Assembly: GCA_029263035.1 (NCBI GenBank)
Contig: JAJCYF010000108.1
Span: 1 to 52,848 of the forward strand
Reading direction: 5' to 3'
Source: Actinomycetes bacterium
GTDB lineage: Bacteria; Actinomycetota; CADDZG01; JAHWKV01
DNA: 52,848 bases
Position numbers and translations under genes: made by a program. Under the pieces are notes generated by a model, which was not told where the DNA came from, searched no databases, and worked only from the letters and a program-made list of their open reading frames with translations. Position 1 is the first letter of the stretch. Every line of letters starts with the position of its first letter. Shown in pieces: positions 19,101 to 27,454 of this stretch.

Positions 19101-20183
19101 TTGCGAACCGAGGATGCCGTCGGGGCGCCCACACCGGCTGCGGAACCCGTCTGCCCCTACCGCGGGCCGGGCGTCTTCCAGACCGAAGACGCCGGCTGGT
19201 TCTTCGGCCGGACGAAGATGGTCGGGCAGCTTGTCTCCCGTCTGCAGGACCGGACAACACTGGTGATTGCCGGGCCCTCGAAGTGCGGCAAGTCGTCGGT
19301 GGTCAGGGCGGGTCTTCTGCCGGCGCTGGCCCGGGATGATCTCCCCGGCAGCCGCGACTGGCCCCAAAGCGTTTTTGTCCCGGGCTCGCACCCACTTGAC
19401 GCTCTCTGGGGTGCCCTCGGCCGGATCTCGCGGGAACCTCTTCCCGACATCTTCTCGTTGGAGGAGGCGCCCGGAACGGCGGCCAAGCGTTATGTCCCGG
19501 AGGGAGTCCTGTGCGTCGACCAGTTCGAAACCCTGTTCACCGCAGCCTCCGACCCGGCCGAGCGGGGAGCCTTCCTCAGCGTCCTCGAAGCGCTCCATTC
19601 CGAGCAGAGCCCGCGGTTCCGCTTGGTCCTGTGTATCTGCACCGACTCCTACGGGGCCTGTTCGAGCATTCCATGGCTGGCCTCGGTCATCAGCGACAAC
19701 CACGTGCTGGTCGGACGGCCGTCCACGGAGGAGCTGCGGGAGGTAATTGAGGGGCCCGCAGGAAGGGGAGGGCTGCGCCTGGAGGAGGGGTTGGCGGACC
19801 GGATGCTGGACGATGCCGGTGGCGACCCGGCCCCCCTGGCGGCTCTTTCGGAGGTCCTTAGACAAACCTGGAACCTGCGGAAGGGCCGCATCCTGACTGT
19901 GGAGGGCTACGAGCGGGCACGCGAGCCTCTCGGGGAGGCCGCCCACGCGGTGCCTCCGGCGATACAGGAGGTCCCGCAACGAGCCCCGGCACCCGAACGG
20001 CAGGCAAGCCGGCGACCGGCGGCAGCACCGCAGCCGCCCGGCGGTCCGGCCCCCCGTTCCCCCAGACAGGCGCCGGGCGAAGAGGGCATCGACCCGGCAA
20101 ACCCGGCGACCCCGATATTGGTGGCACTGCTCCTGCTGGCGGTGCTGGCGTCGGCGGCACTGGCGATACTGCTCACCCGGTGA
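19101..20183 (+). CDS. nSTAND-type P-loop NTPase lacking repeat sensor domain, with Pro-rich linker and C-terminal TM anchor
   Basis: CPYRGPGVFQTEDAGWFFGR, Walker A GPSKCGKSSVVRAGLLPAL and Walker B-like LCVDQFETLFT. Then ..VLVGRPSTEELREVIEGPA..GLRLEEGL. The C-terminus is Pro/Ala-rich, then ILVALLLLAVLASAALAILL. Confidence 0.68.
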   Translation: MRTEDAVGAPTPAAEPVCPYRGPGVFQTEDAGWFFGRTKMVGQLVSRLQDRTTLVIAGPSKCGKSSVVRAGLLPALARDDLPGSRDWPQSVFVPGSHPLDALWGALGRISREPLPDIFSLEEAPGTAAKRYVPEGVLCVDQFETLFTAASDPAERGAFLSVLEALHSEQSPRFRLVLCICTDSYGACSSIPWLASVISDNHVLVGRPSTEELREVIEGPAGRGGLRLEEGLADRMLDDAGGDPAPLAALSEVLRQTWNLRKGRILTVEGYERAREPLGEAAHAVPPAIQEVPQRAPAPERQASRRPAAAPQPPGGPAPRSPRQAPGEEGIDPANPATPILVALLLLAVLASAALAILLTR

Positions 20184-20187
20184 GGCA

Positions 20188-20214
20188 TTAGCACTCACGG
20201 TCCTAGAGTGCTAA
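20188..20214 (+). promoter_or_regulatory. CIRCE operator (HrcA binding site)
   Basis: Exact match to consensus TTAGCACTC-N9-GAGTGCTAA. TTAGCACTC is at 20188-20196 and GAGTGCTAA at 20206-20214. It ends 60 nt upstream of the groES ATG. Confidence 0.92.
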
Positions 20215-20274
20215 TCTGACAGCGAGCGAGTTTCCGTCCGCTCCTGAGCCGATTTAGCCATAGGAGGTTTTTTT

Positions 20275-20559
20275 ATGGGTCTCAAGCCACTGGGAGATCG
20301 CGTACTTATCAAGATTGAAGAGTCGGAGAATGCGCTTCCGTCGGGTCTGGTAATTCCGGACACCGCCAAGGAGAAGCCGCAGGAGGGCACCGTCGTTGCA
20401 GTCGGACCGGGCTCCTACCAGGATGGGACTCGTGTTCCCCTCGACGTCAAGGAAGGCGACCGTGTGCTGTTCTCCAAGTACGGGGGCACCGAGGTCAAGG
20501 TCGGCGGCGAAGAGTTCATGATGCTGAACGAGCGCGACGTACTCGCCATCGTCAGCTAA
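20275..20559 (+). CDS. groES: Co-chaperonin GroES
   Basis: [23 protein letters not shown]...[24 protein letters not shown]. Confidence 0.96.
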   Translation: MGLKPLGDRVLIKIEESENALPSGLVIPDTAKEKPQEGTVVAVGPGSYQDGTRVPLDVKEGDRVLFSKYGGTEVKVGGEEFMMLNERDVLAIVS

Positions 20560-20572
20560 CAAGGTTTGATTC

Positions 20573-20601
20573 AAAAACCCCGCCTAAGGGCGGGGTTTTT
20601 T
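20573..20601. terminator. Bidirectional rho-independent terminator
   Basis: AAAAA, CCCCGCC (20578-84), loop TAAG, GGCGGGG (20589-95), TTTTTT. Lies between convergent groES and the M23 peptidase gene. Confidence 0.88.
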
Positions 20602-20621
20602 AATGCCCGGAACAGCGGTGG

Positions 20622-21764
20622 CTACAGGTAGTTTGCCGGGTTGCGGGGCGTTCCGTTCACCCGGACCTCGAAATGAAGGTGGGGCCCGGTGCAGCTGCCC
20701 GAGCATCCGACCGAGCCCAGCCGCTGGCCCTGCGAAACCTTGCCGCCGCTGACCGACTTGCGGCTCATGTGGGCGTAGAGGGTGACGACGCCGCCGCCGT
20801 GGTCGACCAGCGTGCAGGTCCCGTACCCGCTTCCGCAGGACACTCCCAGAATGGTCCCGGCCTTGACGGCACGGATGGGATCGCCGGTTCTTCCGGCCAT
20901 GTCCACCCCGGTGTGGGCCCGTCCCCAGCGCCGCCCGAAGGGTGAGGTGATCTTACCGGCAACCGGCCGGACGAAACCCGAGGATGAAGCAGCGCCGCCT
21001 TCACCGGCCGACGTGCTCCCCCCGCTGGACGAACTGCTCCGGCGCAGCGCTGCTTCCAGGTTCGAGCTGTCACGCTCAAGACCGTCGACGTGGGCCTGCG
21101 TCGCCGCAATCTCCTTCTGCACGCTGGCCAGCGCCTGGGCCTTCTCCCGGCGGGCGGAGTCGGCGAGCTCCTTGCGGGACCTCAGCCACTCCTTCTGGGC
21201 GGTGAGGCTTCCTTTGATCTCGTTGAGGCTGTCCTGCTTCTCCTGCAACTCGGCCCTTAGCCGCGAGGTGTCCACGATGATCTTGGAGTCCTGCTCCGAG
21301 GACTTCTCCATCAAAAACTGCACCCGGGTGAGCTCCACTATGGAGTCCACGGAGAACAGCATGGCCACCGATTCCGCCGGTCCCTGCACGTAGAGGCGCT
21401 TGGCGCGGGCATTCGATGCGTCGGCCGCCTGCTTGAACCGGGCCTGGACCTGGTCGATCTGCGCCTGCATGGTGCGGATGTCCGACTCCAACGACGAGAT
21501 GTCGTGCTCGCCGGTAACGATCTGCCGGTTCAGTTCGGCCACCTGCTTGTCCAGATTGCCGACCTCTTTGGCGATCTCCGCCTCCTTACCCTTAGCTGCC
21601 GCAAGACGCTTTTTGGTCTCTGCGATCTGGGCTTTGGTGGCTTTGAGTTTTTCGGATTCGCTGGCGGCATGTGTGGGGAACGCGGTGATGGTGCTGACCA
21701 AAGTGGCGATCAGCACAAGCGTTATCAAGCGGGCGGTGCGGGAGTTGGGGGGATGCATCTGCAA
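20622..21764 (-). CDS. Secreted coiled-coil M23 metallopeptidase (paralog of 1754-2872)
   Basis: Signal peptide, then a coiled coil of about 230 aa. M23 motifs HTGVD and HLHFE. Confidence 0.88.
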   Translation of the reverse strand: MQMHPPNSRTARLITLVLIATLVSTITAFPTHAASESEKLKATKAQIAETKKRLAAAKGKEAEIAKEVGNLDKQVAELNRQIVTGEHDISSLESDIRTMQAQIDQVQARFKQAADASNARAKRLYVQGPAESVAMLFSVDSIVELTRVQFLMEKSSEQDSKIIVDTSRLRAELQEKQDSLNEIKGSLTAQKEWLRSRKELADSARREKAQALASVQKEIAATQAHVDGLERDSSNLEAALRRSSSSSGGSTSAGEGGAASSSGFVRPVAGKITSPFGRRWGRAHTGVDMAGRTGDPIRAVKAGTILGVSCGSGYGTCTLVDHGGGVVTLYAHMSRKSVSGGKVSQGQRLGSVGCSGSCTGPHLHFEVRVNGTPRNPANYL

Positions 21765-21934
21765 GAAACCTAGGCGGGGGCGCGCGCAGTGTCAAGTTTC
21801 GCGAGTGGAAATCGCTCATCGCCGGGGTCGTTCGCCACCGCCATTTTCCCCGCTTGCCCCAAGCCGTCGAGTCAGTGGTATATATCTAGATCGGCCGCGA
21901 ACGGTGGCGGCCCCCAGAGATTGGAACCCATACC

Positions 21935-23095
21935 TTGGATTCGGTTATTGGCATTGGCAAGTCGGCCCGCCAGGCCTATGGATTCGATGACATTGCAATC
22001 GTCCCTTCCCGCCGCACCCGGGACCCTGATGACGTGGACATCTCCTGGGAAATCGACGCCTACCGATTCGACCTTCCTCTTATGGCTTCGGCCATGGACG
22101 CGGTGGTATCCCCGGCAAGCGCCGTGACCATCGGCAAGCTGGGCGGCCTGGCCGTGCTCAACCTCGAGGGCCTTCACAGCCGCTACGAGGACGCCGACGC
22201 CGTGCTTCAGGAGATCTCGGAACTTCCGACCGCCGCAGCGACCGCCCGGATGCAGGAGCTGTACCAGCAGCCGGTCAAAGAGGACCTGATGGCCAGGGCG
22301 ATCTCCGAGATCAAAGCCGGAGGCGTCACCGCAGCCGCCAGCCTCACCCCCCAGAAGGTGCGGGAGTACGCCCACATCGTCGTCGAGGCGGATCTGGACA
22401 TCCTGGTGATCCAGGGGACCGTTGTGTCGGCCGAGCACATGTCGACCCAGACCGAACCGCTGAACCTAAAGGAGTTCATCGCCACCTTTGACCTGCCGGT
22501 CATCGTCGGCGGGTGCGCCTCCTACCAGCCGGCGCTCCACCTGATGCGGACCGGCGCCATCGGCATCCTGGTCGGGGTTGGACCCGGCGCTGCGTGCACC
22601 TCACGCCAGGTGCTGGGCATCGGCGTGCCGCAGGCAACTGCCATCGCCGACGCAGCCGGCGCCCGCATGCGCCACCTGGACGAGACCGGCCGCTACGTGC
22701 AGGTCATCGCCGACGGAGGTATGCGCACCGGCGGCGACATCGCCAAGGCGATCGCCTGCGGAGCCGACGCGGTGATGATCGGGTCTCCGCTGGCCCGGGC
22801 GGTTGAGGCGCCGGGACGGGGCTTCCACTGGGGTATGGCCACCTTCCACTCCGGGCTTCCCCGGGGCGTACGGATCGCCGCACCGCCGCTGGGGACCGCG
22901 CAGCAGATCCTTACCGGCCCGACCAGCCTGAACGACGGGACGATGAACCTGTTCGGGGCCCTTCGTACCTCGATGGCCACGACCGGCTACGAGTCGGTCA
23001 AGGACTTCCAGAAGGCCGAGGTCGTGATCGCTCCGTCGATCAAGACCGAAGGCAAGTTCGCGCAGCAACACCAGGGGATCGTGGACTACACGTAA
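21935..23095 (+). CDS. guaB3: GuaB3-type IMP dehydrogenase-related protein (no CBS insert)
   Basis: IGIGKSARQAYGFDDIAIVPSRRTRDP N-terminus. TIM-barrel IMPDH loop VGVGPGAACTSRQVLGIGVPQATAI. GGMRTGGDIAKA. Confidence 0.85.
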   Translation: MDSVIGIGKSARQAYGFDDIAIVPSRRTRDPDDVDISWEIDAYRFDLPLMASAMDAVVSPASAVTIGKLGGLAVLNLEGLHSRYEDADAVLQEISELPTAAATARMQELYQQPVKEDLMARAISEIKAGGVTAAASLTPQKVREYAHIVVEADLDILVIQGTVVSAEHMSTQTEPLNLKEFIATFDLPVIVGGCASYQPALHLMRTGAIGILVGVGPGAACTSRQVLGIGVPQATAIADAAGARMRHLDETGRYVQVIADGGMRTGGDIAKAIACGADAVMIGSPLARAVEAPGRGFHWGMATFHSGLPRGVRIAAPPLGTAQQILTGPTSLNDGTMNLFGALRTSMATTGYESVKDFQKAEVVIAPSIKTEGKFAQQHQGIVDYT

Positions 23096-23108
23096 CCCGG
23101 CATCGCAG

Positions 23109-23137
23109 AGGCGCAGGTCTAGGGTTGACCTGCGCCT
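23109..23137. terminator. Perfect 11-bp-stem hairpin between convergent genes (terminator-like, no T tract)
   Basis: AGGCGCAGGTC (23109-19), 7-nt loop, GACCTGCGCCT (23127-37). Overlaps the stop and last codons of the minus-strand gene. Confidence 0.4.
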
Positions 23138-23847
23138 GCTACTTGATCGGAGGCCGGCCTCATTCCGGCGGCAACGGCTACCACCTCTTCGTTGTCCAGT
23201 CCGAGGGCACCAACGTGGGCAACTACCCCGGGAGCGATCTGCCAGTAGAGGTGCTTTGCGCCTCCATCACTTTTAATCACGGATCGTACGGCTGGGGCTC
23301 CGGCCAAAGAGGTGTCTTCGGTTGCGCCCATGAACATGGTTGCCCGGATGTGGGATAGGTCCGCCTTGGGCCCCCGAAGGACCGACACGGTCAGGCTCCT
23401 TTCGCCGGGAGGCCGTTCCGCACCCTGAGGTGGTGCCTGGCCGTTTCCGGAAATGAGTTGGCTGGTCAGGCTGTAGCCGGGTCCCGCTGAGCCAATGAAC
23501 GACATCCCGCCCACCGGCGCTCGGACATCGTCCGGCAGAAAGGTGACACTGAGGCCGGAGACATCCAGCAGGCTCACCTTTTTATCCGAAGGCTGTGGTG
23601 TTACGGAGGCGATGCTCGCGGCCCAGGCTTGATCGGGGGACCGTCCCGGGACTTCGCCCCCAAGTAGGACACCGGCTGAAGCCAGGCAGAGGACGGCGGC
23701 CACAGTGACTGCGAAGCGTGCCCTGTATGACAACTGCGGTGACTTCGGTGTGGTAATGATCCTCTCCGCAAACCCCGCCGGCAGCTGAACATCCCGGACG
23801 GCTGCGGTCATGGCGCTGCGAACCTGCGATTCGAAAGTGGCGGTCAC
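23119..23847 (-). CDS. Single-pass membrane protein, probable cognate anti-sigma factor
   Basis: GTG 23847 overlaps the sigma-gene stop (GTGA), with AGGAG 6 nt upstream. About 45 aa cytoplasmic, then TM FAVTVAAVLCLASAGVLLGG, then about 170 aa extracytoplasmic. No ZAS HxxxCxxC motif. Confidence 0.5.
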   Translation of the reverse strand: MTATFESQVRSAMTAAVRDVQLPAGFAERIITTPKSPQLSYRARFAVTVAAVLCLASAGVLLGGEVPGRSPDQAWAASIASVTPQPSDKKVSLLDVSGLSVTFLPDDVRAPVGGMSFIGSAGPGYSLTSQLISGNGQAPPQGAERPPGERSLTVSVLRGPKADLSHIRATMFMGATEDTSLAGAPAVRSVIKSDGGAKHLYWQIAPGVVAHVGALGLDNEEVVAVAAGMRPASDQVAGAGQP

Positions 23848-24470
23848 GATGTACTCCTGACGTTTTGGTCGATCAGGTTTGCCGGTGAACTCTTCAGGTT
23901 GTAGCCGGAGAGCCCTGACGAGATCCTGAGCTTTTCCAGACCCCGTGAAGCCCGGCTCTTCACTGTGCCCGGAGAACATTTCAACAACGAGGCAACCTCG
24001 GCTTCCGGCAGGTCGCAGTAATACCGCAGGACCAGCACCGCCCTTTGTTGCGCGGGGATTGTTGCGAGCGCCCTCACCAGATCGCCACGAATATCCACCT
24101 GTTCGTTCTTGCCGGCCAGGCCGTCCGGCGGCCGGCGGTCGACGTCGTCAGAGGCAACCCGGGGTCTGCTCCTGGTCTTTCTCCACCGAGAGGTGGCCGA
24201 GTTCACCAGAATCCGGCGAACGTAGGCTTCGGGATGATCGGCTGCATGGATCTTGCTCCAGTTTTTGTATGCTTTCTCATAAGCCACCTGAACTAGATCC
24301 TCAGCGTCTGCGGCGTTGCCCGCAAGAAGAACCGAAGTTCGCAAGAGGCGGGTTCCGGTCGTCTGGACGAACTCGGAGAAGGCTGCGTCGTCTGATTTCA
24401 AACCGTTCCTTCCTGCTGGCTGGTTGTCGGAGGTTTCGTTCCTTGGCCGGCCTTGGCTGGTTACCTCCAT
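23844..24470 (-). CDS. ECF-type RNA polymerase sigma-70 family factor
   Basis: Only the last 208 codons of the 816-aa track ORF are a real gene. Region 2 is AEDLVQVAYEKAYKNW..HPEAYVRRILVN. Region 4 is QRAVLVLRYYCDLPEAEVASLLKCSPGTVKSRASRGLEKLR. ATG 24470 is the first start not antisense to guaA. Confidence 0.87.
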   Translation of the reverse strand: MEVTSQGRPRNETSDNQPAGRNGLKSDDAAFSEFVQTTGTRLLRTSVLLAGNAADAEDLVQVAYEKAYKNWSKIHAADHPEAYVRRILVNSATSRWRKTRSRPRVASDDVDRRPPDGLAGKNEQVDIRGDLVRALATIPAQQRAVLVLRYYCDLPEAEVASLLKCSPGTVKSRASRGLEKLRISSGLSGYNLKSSPANLIDQNVRSTS

Positions 24471-24545
24471 GAACGCCCGGTTGGCGGATAAGGTTCCACG
24501 GGATCGAAACGCCTCTCCGGCGGGGGAGCGGTATCCTTTAGGCAC

Positions 24546-26144
24546 ATGACGTTCCAGGATGACTTCGACACCATTCTTGTTGTCGACTTCGGGGCCCAGT
24601 ACTCCAAACTCATCGCCCGCCGGGTACGTGAGTGCCACGTCCTTTCTGAGATCGTCCCCCACGACGTAACCGCCGATGAGATCGGCGCCCGCCGGCCCAA
24701 GGGCCTGATCCTCTCCGGCGGCCCCAGCAGCGTCTACGAGGAGGGCGCCCCGGCCATCGACCCAGGGTTGTTCAACCTCGGCATCCCGGTTCTGGGCATC
24801 TGCTACGGCCACCAGGTGATGGCATCGTCGATGGGCGGAGTCGTCGCCAAGGGGACCAAGGGCGAGTTCGGCAAGGCGGACCTCAGCGCCACCGGCGGCA
24901 TTCTGTTCTCCGAGCTGCCCCTGGAGCAGCAGGTCTGGATGAGCCACAACGACGCGGTCTCCGAGGTCCCCCCCGGCTTTACCGCGGTCGCCAGCACCAC
25001 CTCGTGTCCGGTGGCGGCGATGGAGGACACTGAGCGCGGCTTGTTCGGCGTGCAGTTCCACCCCGAGGTCGTCCACACCCCCTACGGCACCGAGGTCATA
25101 CGGAAGTTTGTCCAGAACGCCTGCGACTGCCTCCCCGGCTGGACCGCAACCAGCGTCATCGAAGCCGTGGTGGAGCAGATCCGCAGCCAGGTCGGCGACG
25201 CCCGGGCCGTGTGCGGGCTGTCCGGCGGGGTCGACTCCGCGGTGGCGGCGGCGCTGGTCCACAAGGCCATCGGCGACCAGCTGACCTGCATCTTCGTCGA
25301 CCACGGCATGATGCGGGCGAACGAGGCGGAGAAGGTCGTCGACACCTTCGGCCGGCACATGGGCATGGAGCTCATCCACGTCAAGGCCCAGGACCGCTTC
25401 CTCAGCAAGCTGGAGGGCGTGGCGGATCCCGAGACCAAACGCAAGATCATCGGCACCGAGTTCATCCGGGTATTCGAGGAGGTGGCCTCCGAGGTCGGCC
25501 TGCGGGAGGACGTCGCCCCCGACGGCACCCCCATCGCCAAGGACGGCAAGCCGGTGGGCTTTTTGGTCCAGGGGACGCTCTACCCGGACGTGATCGAGTC
25601 CGGCGGAACCAACGATGCCGCGGCGGTGATCAAGTCGCACCACAACGTGGGCGGCCTTCCCAAGGACATGAAGTTCGAGCTGGTCGAGCCGCTGCGCAAC
25701 CTGTTCAAGGACGAGGTGCGGCGCATCGGCGAGGAGCTGGGGCTGCCCGAGGAGATGGTCTGGCGCCAGCCCTACCCCGGCCCCGGCCTGGCGGTGCGGA
25801 TCATCGGGGACATCACCGTCGAGCGGCTGGACATGGTCCGGGCGGCCGATGCAATCGTCATCGAGGAGGTCAAGAGAGCCGGGTTGTACAAGGACCTGTG
25901 GCAGTCGTTCGCCGTCCTTCCGACCATCAGATCGGTGGGCGTGCAGGGCGATTCCCGCTCCTACGGCCACCCGGTGATCATCCGTGCGGTCACCTCCGAG
26001 GACGCCATGACCGCCGACTGGGCCCGTCTTCCCTACGAACTTCTGGGCCGGATGGCCAACCGCATAGTTGCCGAGGTTCCCGGCGTGAACCGGGTCGCCT
26101 ACGACATCACCTCCAAGCCGCCGGGGACTATCGAGTGGGAGTAG
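24546..26144 (+). CDS. guaA: GMP synthase (glutamine-hydrolysing)
   Basis: GATase domain (LGICYGHQ). PP-loop [14 protein letters not shown]-terminal dimerisation domain ending GTIEWE. Confidence 0.96.
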   Translation: MTFQDDFDTILVVDFGAQYSKLIARRVRECHVLSEIVPHDVTADEIGARRPKGLILSGGPSSVYEEGAPAIDPGLFNLGIPVLGICYGHQVMASSMGGVVAKGTKGEFGKADLSATGGILFSELPLEQQVWMSHNDAVSEVPPGFTAVASTTSCPVAAMEDTERGLFGVQFHPEVVHTPYGTEVIRKFVQNACDCLPGWTATSVIEAVVEQIRSQVGDARAVCGLSGGVDSAVAAALVHKAIGDQLTCIFVDHGMMRANEAEKVVDTFGRHMGMELIHVKAQDRFLSKLEGVADPETKRKIIGTEFIRVFEEVASEVGLREDVAPDGTPIAKDGKPVGFLVQGTLYPDVIESGGTNDAAAVIKSHHNVGGLPKDMKFELVEPLRNLFKDEVRRIGEELGLPEEMVWRQPYPGPGLAVRIIGDITVERLDMVRAADAIVIEEVKRAGLYKDLWQSFAVLPTIRSVGVQGDSRSYGHPVIIRAVTSEDAMTADWARLPYELLGRMANRIVAEVPGVNRVAYDITSKPPGTIEWE

Positions 26145-26182
26145 CGCCCCCCACCCCCGGCCGGTAGTAGGGAACAGACAGG

Positions 26183-27403
26183 ATGAACCGCCGTCTGGTA
26201 GGTCTGATCGCGGTGCTTGCGCTGCTTGCCGGCTGCCAGCAGGATCCCTCGGCGGATCCGCCCGTGACGCCGGCCGGCCAGGCACCGCCCGCACCGAGCC
26301 CGGCCGGCGGCTCCACCCAGGCGGGCGAGCTAACCGGAGCGCCCCGGCTGCAGAGCATCGGGGAGTTCAACCGGCCCACCTTTGTGACCTCCCCGCCGGA
26401 CGACCCGCGGATCTTCGTGGTCGAGCAGGACGGCCGCGTGGTTCAGGCTGTAGACGGCGGCGCCCGCACGCCGGCGTTCATGGACATCAGGAACCGGGTC
26501 GGCTGCTGCGGCGAGCGGGGCCTGTTCTCCATCGCCTTCGCCCCCGACTACGCCGAAAGCGGCCTGGCCTACCTGAGCTACACGAATACGCAGGGGGACA
26601 GCCGGATCGACGAGTACAAGGTCGACCCGGACAACCCCGACCGGCTGGATCCGGAGACCCGGCGTCAGATCCTGGCCGTCGACCAGCCGTTCTCCAACCA
26701 CAACGGAGGTCTGATCGCCTTCGATCCCACCGGCATGCTGATGGCCGGTTTCGGGGACGGCGGATCGAGCGGGGACCCGGAGAACCGGGCTCAGGACCTG
26801 GGTACCCTGCTGGGCAAGATGGTTCGGATCGACCCCCGCCGGCCGTCCGGCAACCGGCCCTACGGGATCCCAGACGACAACCCGTTCGTGGAACGGTCCG
26901 GGGCCCGGCCGGAGATCTGGGCGTACGGCCTGCGTAACCCGTGGCGCTGGTCGTTCGACCCGGAGAACGGCGACTTCTACGTGGCGGACGTCGGACAGAA
27001 CTCGGTGGAGGAGATCAGCTTCGCCGCCCCGGACGACCAGGCCGGCGCCAACTACGGCTGGCGCCGGTACGAGGGGGACGAGGTGTTCCGCGAGCGCGAC
27101 CGCATCGATGAGTCGCGACTGGTCGACCCGGTCCTCACCTACCCGAACTCATCCGGAAACTGCTCGGTGACCGGCGGGGGCGTCTACCGGGGCCCGGTCG
27201 CTCAGCTCAGGGGCATGTACCTGTTCGCCGATTACTGCGGGGGGGTGGTCAGGGGCTTTCGGGTTGAGAGCTCAAGGGCGGCCGGCGCCCAAACGTTTGA
27301 CGCCCTGAACGCCTCCAACCTCAGCTCATTCGGGGTGGATTCCGCCGGGGAGATGTACATCACCTCTTTGGGGGGCAACGTCTACCGGATAACTGCAGAC
27401 TGA
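26183..27403 (+). CDS. PQQ-dependent sugar dehydrogenase-like beta-propeller lipoprotein
   Basis: Lipobox LLAGC. NHNGGLIAFDP, GDGG, GKMVRIDP, PDDNPF and WAYGLRNPWRWSFDP motifs of soluble glucose/sorbosone dehydrogenases. Confidence 0.83.
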   Translation: MNRRLVGLIAVLALLAGCQQDPSADPPVTPAGQAPPAPSPAGGSTQAGELTGAPRLQSIGEFNRPTFVTSPPDDPRIFVVEQDGRVVQAVDGGARTPAFMDIRNRVGCCGERGLFSIAFAPDYAESGLAYLSYTNTQGDSRIDEYKVDPDNPDRLDPETRRQILAVDQPFSNHNGGLIAFDPTGMLMAGFGDGGSSGDPENRAQDLGTLLGKMVRIDPRRPSGNRPYGIPDDNPFVERSGARPEIWAYGLRNPWRWSFDPENGDFYVADVGQNSVEEISFAAPDDQAGANYGWRRYEGDEVFRERDRIDESRLVDPVLTYPNSSGNCSVTGGGVYRGPVAQLRGMYLFADYCGGVVRGFRVESSRAAGAQTFDALNASNLSSFGVDSAGEMYITSLGGNVYRITAD

Positions 27404-27454
27404 ACCGGTTCTCCGGGATATAGAGTTGGGCCACCTTTTACCCGGGGGAGAACG

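Noticed and set aside
21765-21934. Same riboswitch idea for the leader of the second M23 peptidase gene
   Set aside because: Only G-rich fragments (GGGGAA, CCCCGCC) are present, with no recognisable conserved core. Not claimed without cmscan.
24471-26294. Upstream 600 codons of the 816-aa minus-strand ORF (23844-26294)
   Set aside because: This part is exactly antisense to guaA, which has unambiguous GMP synthase motifs. The translation is Gly/Arg/Asp/His-rich shadow sequence typical of high-GC antisense frames. Only the last 208 codons (ECF sigma) carry family motifs.
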